Source of the DNA: Vicinamibacterales bacterium
GTDB taxonomy: Bacteria > Acidobacteriota > Vicinamibacteria > Vicinamibacterales > UBA8438
Reading direction: 5' to 3'
NCBI GenBank assembly: GCA_965116765.1
Contig: OZ220718.1
Coordinates: 3,904,848-3,968,847, forward strand
Length of the DNA stretch: 64,000 bases
Shown here: positions 28,298 through 40,720 of the stretch, piece after piece
How positions within the stretch are numbered: position 1 is the first letter of the stretch
Layout: each line of letters opens with the position of its first letter
Translations under genes and position numbers: made by a program
Notes under the pieces: model-generated
What the model saw: only the letters and a program-made list of their open reading frames with translations
Database searches by the model: none
What the model was told of the DNA's origin: nothing

Positions 28298-29320
28298 CTA
28301 CTGCTGCCCCGATTCGGCCAGCTCTTCCGCCCGGGCGCCCGACAGCAGGTTCATCATGCCGTAGTTGCCCTCGTGGCACGCGTACTCGAACATTTCGGAA
28401 CCGCGCTTCATCGGCAGCGCCACCGTGAACGGCCGCGTGAAGGTCGCCGGGTCGTCGACGGTGTACTCGTAGAGCAGCGTGTCGGCGTCGAGGCGGCTGA
28501 ACCGCTCTACGAGGTGCAGCGTCTCGCCCGAGCCGATGGACTGCACGACGGACGGGTTGAAGCTGGCGGTGTTGGCGGTGAAGTTGGTGGTCTCGACGAC
28601 GAGGGTGTCGCCCTCCCAGCGCCCGCGCGAGCTGCCCAGCCACTGGCGCAGGTCGTCGGGGAGCGGCGGCCGATCGTCGAGGGGCACGATGCGCGAGTCG
28701 TGCACCATCTCGTTGAGGATGACCACGTGGTCGCCGGTCTGGAAGATCTGGATGTTCTGGTTGTAGCCGCCCGGCGTGATGGGCGGCCCGGTGTTGAAGC
28801 CGAGCAGGCACCGCTCGGCGATGCCGCGGTCCTCGGGGCCGTCGCTGCCGATGCCGCCGACGCGGAACCGGACCGGCCGCGTCGCCCCGGGGCCGGGGCC
28901 TTGCCGGTCGGCGCCGGGCTGCGCCTCGGGCACGCGGCCGTCGGGAGGGTCGACGATGAGCGAGGTCCGGCGGTCGTCGACGACCCCCGCCCCGCGGTCG
29001 AACCAGAAGTTGTTGTAGGCGCCCACGTCGCCGCCCGCCGGCAGCGGCTCGGTGCGGACCTCGCTCGGCCGGTCGGCCTCGACCGCGCGCTGCACCGCCG
29101 CGGCCTCGACCTCGGCCGCTTCCTCGGCCGTGAGCTCCGCCGCCGCGTCCTCGGGGCGCTGCAGCGGGGTCAGGGTCCGGAAGTCCCAGACGCCCTGGAG
29201 GTCCGGGGTGCCGTCGGGGAGGCGGGGCACGCCCGGCGCCGGCTGGGCGCCGGCGGGGACGGACAGGACCATGGCCAGCGCGGCCAGCACCAGCACGGCG
29301 CCGAAAGATCGTCTCTGCAT
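28298..29320 (-). CDS. secreted protein of the same family, tandem copy 2
   Basis: The RBS/start context is the same as copy 1. Long runs of residues are identical to copy 1. Confidence 0.8.
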   Translation of the reverse strand: MQRRSFGAVLVLAALAMVLSVPAGAQPAPGVPRLPDGTPDLQGVWDFRTLTPLQRPEDAAAELTAEEAAEVEAAAVQRAVEADRPSEVRTEPLPAGGDVGAYNNFWFDRGAGVVDDRRTSLIVDPPDGRVPEAQPGADRQGPGPGATRPVRFRVGGIGSDGPEDRGIAERCLLGFNTGPPITPGGYNQNIQIFQTGDHVVILNEMVHDSRIVPLDDRPPLPDDLRQWLGSSRGRWEGDTLVVETTNFTANTASFNPSVVQSIGSGETLHLVERFSRLDADTLLYEYTVDDPATFTRPFTVALPMKRGSEMFEYACHEGNYGMMNLLSGARAEELAESGQQ

Positions 29321-29440
29321 CTCGTTCACTCCTGACTGTCTTCTCACGAACCTGGAAACCGTCGCCCGGGCCGGGCCGCCGCCGCGAGGCCCTGCCCCAC
29401 CGCGTCTCGCGCGTCGCGGGCGTTCAGCCGAATCGAGCCC

Positions 29441-31189
29441 TCAGTCGGGCGCGACGCACGCGAAGCTCGCGGCATCGTCGACGCTGCCGCTGCCCATGTA
29501 CCGCGCCACCTGCGGGTACGGGCAAAGCGGCCGCGTGCGCGTCACCTCGCCGTCCGTCACCTTCGACGCCACCATCCGGTCCGGGGCCACGCCGTCCTCG
29601 ACCCAGCGCTCGAGCGCGGTCACCGCGTCGAAGCGGTCGGGCCCCGGCCCGCCCCGGCAGTGGGCGACGCCCGGGGCCATGAACAGGCGGTAGAAGTCGG
29701 CCGTCTCGGCCAGGCCGCCCAGCTCCGCCATCACGCTCTCGTAGTACTCGACGGCGTAGTAGCCGGTGATGAGGGCGTCGGCCCAGCCGTGATAGCTGAT
29801 CAGCTTGCCCCCGCGGGCCTTGAACGCCGAGAGGTCGGGGTCGACGGCGTTCAGGGCCGAGCCCAGCGTGTCGTCGGCGCCGGCCCCGAGGGGCCGGTTG
29901 TTGGCGAGCACCCAGTCGTCGTCGAAGTCGAACCCGGCGATGTCGTAGTCGGGGTCCTCGAAGACGCTGTAGCGCATGAAGTCGGCGGTGCTGCCGCCCG
30001 GGCGCTCGATGCCGGCCCAGTAGCGCCCCCAGCCGCCGCGGCCGTCGGGCGCCTCGAACCACTCGCTGCCCGGCGGATAGCCGGGGAAGATCTGCTCGCC
30101 GGTGCTCGGGCGCACCGGCCCCGCGTAGATGGCGCGGGCCGCCGCGACCTGCCCCGCGGTGAGGCAGTCGTCGCCGTCCGCGCCGGCGCACTCGAGCACG
30201 CCGGGGTCGAAGTCGCAGGCCCGGGGGTCGTCGATCAGGCCGTCCTCGAGCCCGTCGAGGGCGTCGCAGACCTCGAGCACGGCGTTGCCCAGCAGGGGCA
30301 GCTTCTCGCGCGGCAGGTCCTGCCCGGGGGTCCTCGTGGTGGCGAGCCCCGCCCACAGCTCGCCCGTCATCAGGCCGACCCAATAGTTGGCGGGGGCCCC
30401 GGCGACGATGCCGTCGTAGTCGTCGGGGTACCGCTGCGCCTCCATCAGGGCGTGGTGGCCGCCCTGCGAGCAGCCCACGAAGTAGGCGTAGTCGGCGGGG
30501 CGGCCGTAGTAGGCGCGGGTCGCCGCCTTGCCGGCCACCGTGGCCTCGTGCTGCGCCCGGTAGCCGAAGTCGACGAGGCGGACGGGGTGCCCCAGCGACC
30601 AGCTTCCGTCGAAGCCGCTCGTGCTGGTGTGGCCGTTGTCGGTGGCCACCGCCGCGTAGCCGTTCCGGACCGCGTCGGCGAGCTGGGGATAGCGGATGGC
30701 GCCGGCAGAGCCGCCCGACCCGATGCCCTGGAAGCGCCCGTTCCACGCGTCGGCCGGCGGCAGCCACACCTCGAACCGGATCTCCGAACCGGCCTCGGGG
30801 CTCGACGTCCCCGCGACCCGGCAGAACGAGACGTCGTCGACGGTGAAGCCGCGCGACGAGAAGGTCTCGGGCGGGGTGAACGGCGGGGCGACCGCCTCGG
30901 CGACGGTGATGGTGGTGTGCGGCAGGCCGAGCCCTGCCTCGGCAATGCGGGCGCACGCGTCGCCCGCCTGGGCCGGCCGAGCGCCGGGTGCTCCTCCGCC
31001 CGCGGGCGCTTCGCCCGCCGCGGCGAGAATGCCGACACCGCCCAGAACGGCGGCGGTCGCCGCCGACAGCAGGACGGACCGAAGGCGACGAGGGGTCCGG
31101 GCCGTGGAACGGAGCAAGCTCCTGCCAGCCACGGCAGGGGGCCGAGCGGAGCCTCCGGCGACGCTCTCGGGGCTGGTCATGGGCCCCAA
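29441..31189 (-). CDS. tannase/feruloyl esterase-family alpha/beta hydrolase
   Basis: YFVGCSQGGHHALMEAQRYPDDYDGIVAGAPANYW is the family hallmark. A signal region is present. Confidence 0.85.
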   Translation of the reverse strand: MGPMTSPESVAGGSARPPAVAGRSLLRSTARTPRRLRSVLLSAATAAVLGGVGILAAAGEAPAGGGAPGARPAQAGDACARIAEAGLGLPHTTITVAEAVAPPFTPPETFSSRGFTVDDVSFCRVAGTSSPEAGSEIRFEVWLPPADAWNGRFQGIGSGGSAGAIRYPQLADAVRNGYAAVATDNGHTSTSGFDGSWSLGHPVRLVDFGYRAQHEATVAGKAATRAYYGRPADYAYFVGCSQGGHHALMEAQRYPDDYDGIVAGAPANYWVGLMTGELWAGLATTRTPGQDLPREKLPLLGNAVLEVCDALDGLEDGLIDDPRACDFDPGVLECAGADGDDCLTAGQVAAARAIYAGPVRPSTGEQIFPGYPPGSEWFEAPDGRGGWGRYWAGIERPGGSTADFMRYSVFEDPDYDIAGFDFDDDWVLANNRPLGAGADDTLGSALNAVDPDLSAFKARGGKLISYHGWADALITGYYAVEYYESVMAELGGLAETADFYRLFMAPGVAHCRGGPGPDRFDAVTALERWVEDGVAPDRMVASKVTDGEVTRTRPLCPYPQVARYMGSGSVDDAASFACVAPD

Positions 31190-31347
31190 GGATACCGCAC
31201 GGGCGGCCGGGCCGGCGACTCCCCTCCCCTACTACGGCCTGCGCCTGCTCGGTCTCGAAGCGTTGGCCTCGAAGATGGGGATTCGTTCGGAACCTCATCG
31301 CGGTGGCGTAGAGCCATCGCGAGGAGCGTCGTCTGTTCAGTTGGTGG

Positions 31348-32511
31348 CTAAACCTCTGACTGTGCGGTGTCTCGCTGGTCGGCTCTGAAACCGCCGGGGG
31401 GTTCGCCCTCTCCTCGTACAGGGTTGTTGACCTCGTCTTCGGCGAGGTCCCCTCCACTCGGCGGGGGCGGCGGTCCTCCGTCTCCTCCGCTTCCGCCTCC
31501 GGGGGTCGGTGGCGACATCGTGTCCGGGCCTCGTGCCGCGGGCTCGTTGGGTCTCGTCCATCCGGCGGGGGGCCTCACGGGGTCGGGCGTCCAGTCGGCG
31601 ATTGTTCTTGACTCGTTCGTGCTCATCGCCTCGAGTATGGCTTCCAGTCGGGGTTGATCGCCGATGTCGCCCGGCTCGACCGTGCGCCACAGCTGGCTCT
31701 GCGCGGTCTCGGACCACCACCTTGTGACCTCGGCGGGGTCGGACATCCGCGCCCGTTTCGTGGTTTCTCCCCGGGACGTCTCGATGACTGTCACGCCTCT
31801 CTCAATGCGGATTGAGACGTTGTCGTGGACGTTGTCCATCACCGCGGCTATCGCGTGGCGTGCCGGCTCCCTGGCCGCGGCGGCCCACCGGCCGTTGGGC
31901 TTGATGATCTCTTCGGGGTCTTCGGGGTGCTCGTTGCGGCGGGTCCACCAGCTTTCCATCGCGGCCTCGGCGTGCCACCGGGGATACCCGTTGACGGCGA
32001 CCTGAAGCGCTGCCGGGTCGAGCTCGGCCGCTACGGCGAAGTCGTACAGATCGCGGCCGGGCGCGGTCCCGCTTCGGCCCCAGTACTTCCCTGCGAGTAT
32101 CTGGGCGTTGCTGAGCAGCGTCAGCCGGTCCCCTTGGACCGTGCCGGCCGCGTGGCCGGCCGGCAGTGACAGCACGTTCGTCGATACGTCGATCTTCCCG
32201 TTCTCGAAGATGAACGCCATCACCGCCGGCGCGGCGCCCGGCGTGAGCCCGTCGTCTGCGGTTCGGTGCTTTCTGCACCCGGCCTGCGCCATTGCGTCTG
32301 TCACGCGCCGCCACCATGCTCTGGTCGGCGTTGTCGACACCGTGAGGTCGAGGTCCTCGCTGGCCCGGTGCCTCCATCGCAGCGCCAGTACGGTTCCGCC
32401 GCCGATCTTCACGCCCCATCCGTCGTCTGCGGCCTCTTGGATCGGTCCCAGAACGACTTGTCTCGTCGTTCTGTACAGCGTAGCCGCCGGTTCCGGCCAG
32501 GTGCGCGTCAC
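31348..32511 (-). CDS. AbiEii/AbiGii-like nucleotidyltransferase toxin with an extra C-terminal domain and a Pro/Gly-rich tail
   Basis: The GTG start overlaps the upstream stop (GTGA). KIGGGTVLALRWRHRASEDLDLTV matches the AbiEii GGTAL...R.S.DLD motif. About 150 further residues follow, ending PPTPGGGSGGDGGPPPPPSGG. Confidence 0.7.
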   Translation of the reverse strand: MTRTWPEPAATLYRTTRQVVLGPIQEAADDGWGVKIGGGTVLALRWRHRASEDLDLTVSTTPTRAWWRRVTDAMAQAGCRKHRTADDGLTPGAAPAVMAFIFENGKIDVSTNVLSLPAGHAAGTVQGDRLTLLSNAQILAGKYWGRSGTAPGRDLYDFAVAAELDPAALQVAVNGYPRWHAEAAMESWWTRRNEHPEDPEEIIKPNGRWAAAAREPARHAIAAVMDNVHDNVSIRIERGVTVIETSRGETTKRARMSDPAEVTRWWSETAQSQLWRTVEPGDIGDQPRLEAILEAMSTNESRTIADWTPDPVRPPAGWTRPNEPAARGPDTMSPPTPGGGSGGDGGPPPPPSGGDLAEDEVNNPVRGEGEPPGGFRADQRDTAQSEV

Positions 32512-33044
32512 GGTCGAGTCTCGGGGGTCTCCGCGTAGCAGCGGTGGGCCCACGTGTTGATGGTCTGGATGCGGGGCCCGTGTTCGAGCCCCTGCGTGTG
32601 CAGGGCTCTTGCGAGGCGGCGCATGGTGAATGCCCCGTCTCTCACGGCGTCGTCGATCTCGTCTGCCGTGGTCTCGAGGAGCCACGCGAGGAGGATCCGG
32701 CGGTGGGCGGGCTCCCGCCGGTCGGCATCGAGCGCGGCCTGGAAGTCGGCTTCCGTGATATGCCGCGGTCTCCCGGCGCTGAGACGCGCCAGTCGGACTC
32801 CCAGGGCGGTGCTCGACGCCGGGGGCTCGCGCTTGCCCCGCCGGCTGTCGAAGAGCTCGGCCGGCGCCAGGACGTTGGGCTCGAGCAGCGGCCCCCAGTC
32901 CCGGTGGTGGCGTGGTCGCAGCTTCAGCCATGCCGTCGCGTCGAGTCCGGCCCGGTCGCGCGGCAGGGGTACGGGTTTGCCCGTCTCCTCGTCGAGCCGG
33001 TAGACGGCCGCCTGCGGGCTCCACGGATTCCACTTCGTCATCAT
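32508..33044 (-). CDS. hypothetical protein, putative cognate partner of the AbiEii-like gene
   Basis: MMTKWNPWSPQAAVYRLDEETGKPV... has coding-like composition. The ATG overlaps the stop of the upstream dehydrogenase gene (ATGA). It does not look like canonical AbiEi. Confidence 0.55.
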   Translation of the reverse strand: MMTKWNPWSPQAAVYRLDEETGKPVPLPRDRAGLDATAWLKLRPRHHRDWGPLLEPNVLAPAELFDSRRGKREPPASSTALGVRLARLSAGRPRHITEADFQAALDADRREPAHRRILLAWLLETTADEIDDAVRDGAFTMRRLARALHTQGLEHGPRIQTINTWAHRCYAETPETRP

Positions 33045-33949
33045 TGCGGCGTCGTCCCGGGGATCTGCAAGGGGCGGACGGCGCCGCTCATCTCCTCGAC
33101 GAGGGTGATCAGCGCCGACAGGTCGTCGCGGCCGCGGTCGCGCCCCATCAGGGCGTTGACGAACTGCATGGTCAGGGACGCGGCGGGCAGGGCGGCGCCG
33201 CGGTCGTGGGCGAGGCGGAGGGCGATGTCGAGGTCCTTGTGGTACAGCCGCGACTCGATGCCGGCGCTGAAGTCGCGCGACGCCATGCGCGCGCCGAACA
33301 CGTCGAGCACGCGGCTCGAGGCCATGCCCCCCATCATCACTTGGCGCACGCGCTCGACGTCGAGCCCGCAGCGGCCGGCGAGGGCCAGGGCCTCGGCCGC
33401 GCCCAGCGCGTTGACCAGCAGCGCGAGCTGGTGGCACGCCTTGGTGGTCTGGCCGGTGCCGGACTCGCCGACGTGGATCACCTTCGGCCCCAGCAGCGCG
33501 AACAGGGGCTTCGCGCGGTCCACCGCGGCCGCCGGTCCTCCCACCATCATGGTCAGCGTCGCGTCGCGCGCGCCCTGCGGCCCGCCCGACACCGGCGAGT
33601 CGAGCATGTCGACCCCGCGCTCGCCGAGCCGGGCCGCGATGTCCCGGGTGGCGGTGGGATCGATGGTGCTCATGTCGACGACGAGGCTGCCGGGGCGCGC
33701 GCCGTGGACGACGCCCTCCGGGCCGAGCAGCACCTGCTCGACGTCGCGGGTCCCCGTCACCATGGTGAAGACGACCTCGCTGCGCCCGGCCACCGCGGCG
33801 GGGGTGGGGCAGACGGCCGCTCCCGCGTCGGCGAGGGGGCGCGTCGACTCGGCGCGCCGGGCGAACACCGCCATGGCGTGGCCGCCGTTCATCAGGTGGA
33901 GCGCCATCGGGCGCCCCATGGTCCCGAGTCCGATGAAGCCGAGCTGCAT
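33041..33949 (-). CDS. NAD(P)-dependent 3-hydroxyisobutyrate dehydrogenase / 2-hydroxy-3-oxopropionate reductase family
   Basis: MQLGFIGLGTMGRPMALHL Rossmann motif, with a beta-HAD family pattern throughout. Confidence 0.85.
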   Translation of the reverse strand: MQLGFIGLGTMGRPMALHLMNGGHAMAVFARRAESTRPLADAGAAVCPTPAAVAGRSEVVFTMVTGTRDVEQVLLGPEGVVHGARPGSLVVDMSTIDPTATRDIAARLGERGVDMLDSPVSGGPQGARDATLTMMVGGPAAAVDRAKPLFALLGPKVIHVGESGTGQTTKACHQLALLVNALGAAEALALAGRCGLDVERVRQVMMGGMASSRVLDVFGARMASRDFSAGIESRLYHKDLDIALRLAHDRGAALPAASLTMQFVNALMGRDRGRDDLSALITLVEEMSGAVRPLQIPGTTPQ

Positions 33950-34089
33950 CTGTCGTCCGTTTCTGCCGTGCGGTGAGCGGCCGGGTCGGCGGCGGCGGCT
34001 GGTTGCGCCCGCCGGGCCGGCGTCCGCGTCGGCACGTTCTCGCGGTTGTCGGCGGGATCAGCGGGAATCGGCCTGTCCGACCGCCGCGG

Positions 34090-35013
34090 TCAGCGCGCGC
34101 CGAGGCCCTGCTTCTTCCAGTAGCGCGCGAGCCCGAGCCAGCACATCGAGAACGGGGCGGCCATGTCGTAGAGCGCCGCCTGCGCCTCGGGCATGTGACG
34201 CATCAGGTAGCGCCGGGTGTCGGCGACGAAGCGGTCCGCGCGCTCCTCGGCGGGGACGTCCTCCTCGATGATGGCGCGCGCGAGGGCGGCCAGTCCGTCG
34301 AGATGCTCGCTCATCCCCGCGAGCTGGTCGGCGGCGTCCTCGTGGGGGCCGAAGTGGGTGACGAACAGGGTATCCGCCTGCCACTCGGCGATGCGCCGGA
34401 GGCTCTCCTTCCACACGTCGAGGTCGATGTCGGGCGGCGGCGTCGGCGGCAGGACGAAGCGCTCGGGGCCGACCCGCACCCCCGCGGTATCGCCGACGAA
34501 CGCCACCCCGCTCGCGCGGTCGAGGAAGCTGACGTGATGGGACGCGTGCCCCGGCGTGTACAGGACCTCCAGCTCGCGGTCGCCCACCGCGAGGCGCTCG
34601 CCGCCGGCGAGGACGTGCACGTTCCCCTCGGGCACCGGCAGAAACTCGCCCCACAACCGGTCCATGTCGTCGCCGTAGAGCCGGCCCGCGCTGTGCAGCA
34701 GCTTGGCCGGGTCGACCATGTGCGGCGCCCCCGCCTCGTGCACGCAGACCCGGATGTCGGGGTTCTCGCGCACCAGGGTGCCGGTGGCCCCGGCGTGGTC
34801 GAGGTGGATGTGGGTGAGGAGAATCGTCCGCACGTCGGCCATCCCGATGCCCTGCTCGCGGAGCGACGAGCGCAGGGTGTCGAGGCACGTCGACGGCCCG
34901 GGGTCCACGAGGGCGGCCCCGCCGGCGTCCTCGAGGACGGCGGTGGCGATGACCCGGGGCTGGCCGAGGAAGTTCAGGTCGGTGTAGGTGATGCCGCGCG
35001 CGATCGTTGGCAT
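34090..35013 (-). CDS. MBL-fold metallo-hydrolase
   Basis: LLTHIHLDHAG (HxHxDH), PGHASHH. Confidence 0.85.
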   Translation of the reverse strand: MPTIARGITYTDLNFLGQPRVIATAVLEDAGGAALVDPGPSTCLDTLRSSLREQGIGMADVRTILLTHIHLDHAGATGTLVRENPDIRVCVHEAGAPHMVDPAKLLHSAGRLYGDDMDRLWGEFLPVPEGNVHVLAGGERLAVGDRELEVLYTPGHASHHVSFLDRASGVAFVGDTAGVRVGPERFVLPPTPPPDIDLDVWKESLRRIAEWQADTLFVTHFGPHEDAADQLAGMSEHLDGLAALARAIIEEDVPAEERADRFVADTRRYLMRHMPEAQAALYDMAAPFSMCWLGLARYWKKQGLGAR

Positions 35014-35143
35014 GGGAGCGGGATCTTACTATGCCGCCGGGCGGGGGAACCCGCGGCCGAGACCCGCAACACGTCGATCGAGGGCCTCCGGTCCGGCGCC
35101 CGCCTTGACGCCGCCGCCGTCTCCATAGTCTGATGGCAGCAGG

Positions 35144-35455
35144 ATGGCCCACGATCCACGGTCCGAGCACGGCGTCCTCGACGAGACCCGCCGGAAGACC
35201 CGCGAGCCGACCCGGTACCACGTCACCCTGCTGAACGACGACTACACGACGATGGAGTTCGTCGTGCAGGTGCTGGAGTCGGTCTTCGACAAGAGCCCGG
35301 CCCAGGCCTACGGCATCATGATGCAGGTCCACACGCAGGGCCGCGGGCGTTGCGGCACCTACACCCACGAGATCGCCGAGACCAAGGTCGCCACCACCCG
35401 GGCGCTGGCCAAGCGCGAGGGGTTCCCCCTGCAGGCGGTCCTCGAGGAGGAGTGA
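35144..35455 (+). CDS. clpS: ATP-dependent Clp protease adaptor ClpS
   Basis: YHVTLLNDDYTTMEFVVQVLESVFDKS...MMQVHTQGRGRCG. Confidence 0.9.
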   Translation: MAHDPRSEHGVLDETRRKTREPTRYHVTLLNDDYTTMEFVVQVLESVFDKSPAQAYGIMMQVHTQGRGRCGTYTHEIAETKVATTRALAKREGFPLQAVLEEE

Positions 35456-35467
35456 CGGGACCGGCCC

Positions 35468-38137
<2,670 letters not shown>

Positions 38138-38253
38138 GGCGCCTCACGCCACCGGTACCCGCATCCGCGGGGGCACCCTTCGACCGCATCAGGCACCGAT
38201 GGGCGGGAAGCTGGTATGATGAATTCACACTTGGTTCAAGGGTGCGAGTCACC

Positions 38254-38490
38254 ATGGCGACCGCTGTCAAGAAGACCATCTCCCTCCCGCCGGAGCTCGC
38301 TCGCGCCGCCGAGCGGATGGCGCAGGACGACGGAAAGACACTGAGCGCCGTCGTTCAGGACGCCCTGCGCGCAGCGCGGGCCGTCCGTTTACGCAATGAC
38401 CTGGAGGCGCTGCAAGGGTACTGGAGCCGCCGGGCGAAGGAACGCGGCATCCTCACCGAAGAAGATCTCGAGAGATACCTCCGGTCGTGA
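38254..38490 (+). CDS. ribbon-helix-helix (CopG-like) antitoxin
   Basis: MATAVKKTISLPPELARAAERMAQDDGKTLSAVVQDALR. The stop overlaps the start of the PIN gene. Confidence 0.75.
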   Translation: MATAVKKTISLPPELARAAERMAQDDGKTLSAVVQDALRAARAVRLRNDLEALQGYWSRRAKERGILTEEDLERYLRS

Positions 38491-38876
38491 AGGTCGTCTT
38501 CGACACCAACGTCTTCGTTTCCGCGTTGACGCTGCGCGGCGGCCGCGCCGAACATGCACTCGGCAGGATCGTCGCAGGTGAAGACTCCATCGCGATCTCC
38601 AGGCCGATCATCGACGAGCTTCTGTCGGTGCTCGCCCGCAAGTTCGCCCGCGACCCGGAAGAACTTGCCAGAATCGCCCTCTTCCTGTCCGACCTCGCGG
38701 AATTCGTCGAACCGTCGGACCCGGTTTCCGTTTTCTCCGACGAGCCCGACAACCGTATCCTGGAATGCGCACTCGCGGCTCGCGCGGACATCATCGTGAC
38801 CGGAGACCGCGCGATGCTGGCGGCGGGTGAGTTCGAGGGCATACGCATCGTCTCGCTCAGGGACTACTTGGCGTGA
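38487..38876 (+). CDS. PIN-domain toxin
   Basis: MKVVFDTNVFVSAL...DNRILECALAARADIIVTGD is the PIN acidic-residue pattern. Confidence 0.85.
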   Translation: MKVVFDTNVFVSALTLRGGRAEHALGRIVAGEDSIAISRPIIDELLSVLARKFARDPEELARIALFLSDLAEFVEPSDPVSVFSDEPDNRILECALAARADIIVTGDRAMLAAGEFEGIRIVSLRDYLA

Positions 38877-38916
38877 GAACAAACCGCGGAGAAGCGAGCG
38901 CCGGCGCTTGGAAGCC

Positions 38917-40608
38917 CTACTCGCCTGCCGGTACCGTCCCGCCGAGACGGCGCTGCTCAGCAAGACCCGCGGTGCGGGCCTGGGCGCGTTCGACGAGGCG
39001 CGGCGGAGCGCCGCACACCTCGAGCAGGGCTATCGCGTTCCAGGACCGCGCGGGCCCTCGGCGCAAGCGATAGTCGAACGAGAGCCCGTTCGCATCGACA
39101 CCATCCGCGAAATGGAACGAAGCGTACGTCCGTTCGAGAAGGGCGACGAGCTCGCGGTCGTGGGTCGCCGCGACCACGATATGTGGTGACGGGGTGCGGC
39201 CGTCTTCGTGGATCAGCTCCGCGAGCGTCGCCTCGGCGGCCGCGATGCGCTCGATCGTGCTCGTGCCGCGGAAGAGCTCGTCGAACAGGAAGAGGTGTGG
39301 GCGGGTGCTTCGGCTCGCCCTCACGAGCGACAGAACGGCTTCAACCTCGTCTCGGTAGTAGCTCCGGCCCGCGGTCAGATCGTCGCTCCGGCCGATCAGG
39401 CTTCGCACCAGGAAGACGGGCGCACGATAGCTGGTCGCCAGACAGGTGTTGATGGTCTGCGCGAGAATCACGTTCACGCCGACGGTCCTGAGAAACGTGG
39501 ACTTGCCGGACATGTTCGATCCGGTGACGAGCACTCCCCGCGGCGGCCCCAGCTCGACGGAGTTCGGCACGGCCTCCGGCAGCAGCGGGTGACGCAACCC
39601 GAGCATCGTCGAGGCGCCGGAAGGGGACTCGAAGACGGGGCGGGTCCAACCCGCGGCGCCCACGCGGTACGACGCGACGCTGATGGCCGCGTCGACCGTT
39701 CCCACCGAAGCGACCGTGCGGACCAGGGCCGGGCCATGCGCTCCGATCTCCCTCGACGCCAGGAAGAGCAGAGCGAGGTCCAGCAGGAACAGCATGTTCG
39801 CGGCCTCGTGAATCACATTGGTCAGGTCGTCCGACGTCATCGGGTCGTGGCCCACCCAACGGGCGATCCGGCGGAGGCGGCGCATCTCCGCCAGATCGGA
39901 GGAAAGGGTGGAACCGCAAGGCAGTCCGCAAGTCGCGACCAGGGGACGGAGGGCTTCGGCGGCGGCGAGCAGCGGGGCCACTTGTCGAAAAGGGCCCAAC
40001 GGTGGGCCCAGCCGTAGCGCTGTCACGTACCGCACGATCATGTTCGCGATCACCCCGAGGATCACCGCCACGAGCGCCACCGGCCAGACGATGGTGAGCA
40101 TCAGGGCGACGGGAACGACCAGCCCGATGACCGGGAACATCACGTCCCGCCGTCTGGTCTCGAGGATGCCGGGCTGTGTGAGCCACCACACCTGGCCGGG
40201 ATGCCCGCGCAGGCCGGACAGCGACACCAGGATGCTCTCCCGCGACGCGGCGTCCTCCGAGAGGCGGGTCGTCAGCGCTTCGAACGCCGCAAGATCGTCC
40301 GGGGTGGGCGTCGTACGGAGCCGGTGATAGAGCAGTTGCTGGCCGATGTCGCTTTCCGTCCGGTCGAGAACCGCGAACACCGCGTCGAGGTCCAGATCCT
40401 CCCCCGTGCGCGCATCGAGCGGGGACTCTCGGTCGACCGCGAAGACACGGTGATAGTGCGAGATCTCCGGCAGGTCCCGCGTCCGTTCCGCCGGGCGGCC
40501 CCACTCGGCGCGCAGTCGCTCCAGGAGCCTTCGTCGGCGGCGACGCGCCAGCAGGTCGAAGCCCGCCAGAATGACGACGACCAGTCCGACGGGCAGCCAG
40601 AACGTCAT
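38917..40608 (-). CDS. membrane-associated MutS-related ATPase (MutS domain V only)
   Basis: N-terminal and central TM helices, then GSNMSGKSTFLRTVG (Walker A), LFLFDELFRGTS (Walker B) and ATHD. The start could be at 40608 or 40659. Confidence 0.75.
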   Translation of the reverse strand: MTFWLPVGLVVVILAGFDLLARRRRRRLLERLRAEWGRPAERTRDLPEISHYHRVFAVDRESPLDARTGEDLDLDAVFAVLDRTESDIGQQLLYHRLRTTPTPDDLAAFEALTTRLSEDAASRESILVSLSGLRGHPGQVWWLTQPGILETRRRDVMFPVIGLVVPVALMLTIVWPVALVAVILGVIANMIVRYVTALRLGPPLGPFRQVAPLLAAAEALRPLVATCGLPCGSTLSSDLAEMRRLRRIARWVGHDPMTSDDLTNVIHEAANMLFLLDLALLFLASREIGAHGPALVRTVASVGTVDAAISVASYRVGAAGWTRPVFESPSGASTMLGLRHPLLPEAVPNSVELGPPRGVLVTGSNMSGKSTFLRTVGVNVILAQTINTCLATSYRAPVFLVRSLIGRSDDLTAGRSYYRDEVEAVLSLVRASRSTRPHLFLFDELFRGTSTIERIAAAEATLAELIHEDGRTPSPHIVVAATHDRELVALLERTYASFHFADGVDANGLSFDYRLRRGPARSWNAIALLEVCGAPPRLVERAQARTAGLAEQRRLGGTVPAGE

Positions 40609-40720
40609 TCCGTTGACAGATTCCCCGAGGACTCGATCCCACCACCGGCCCGCCGACAAGGCGCGGGTCGGCGTAACGGGCCTGGTATCCCGTCAGGAGG
40701 GCGGCGTTCGGTCTCCCGCG

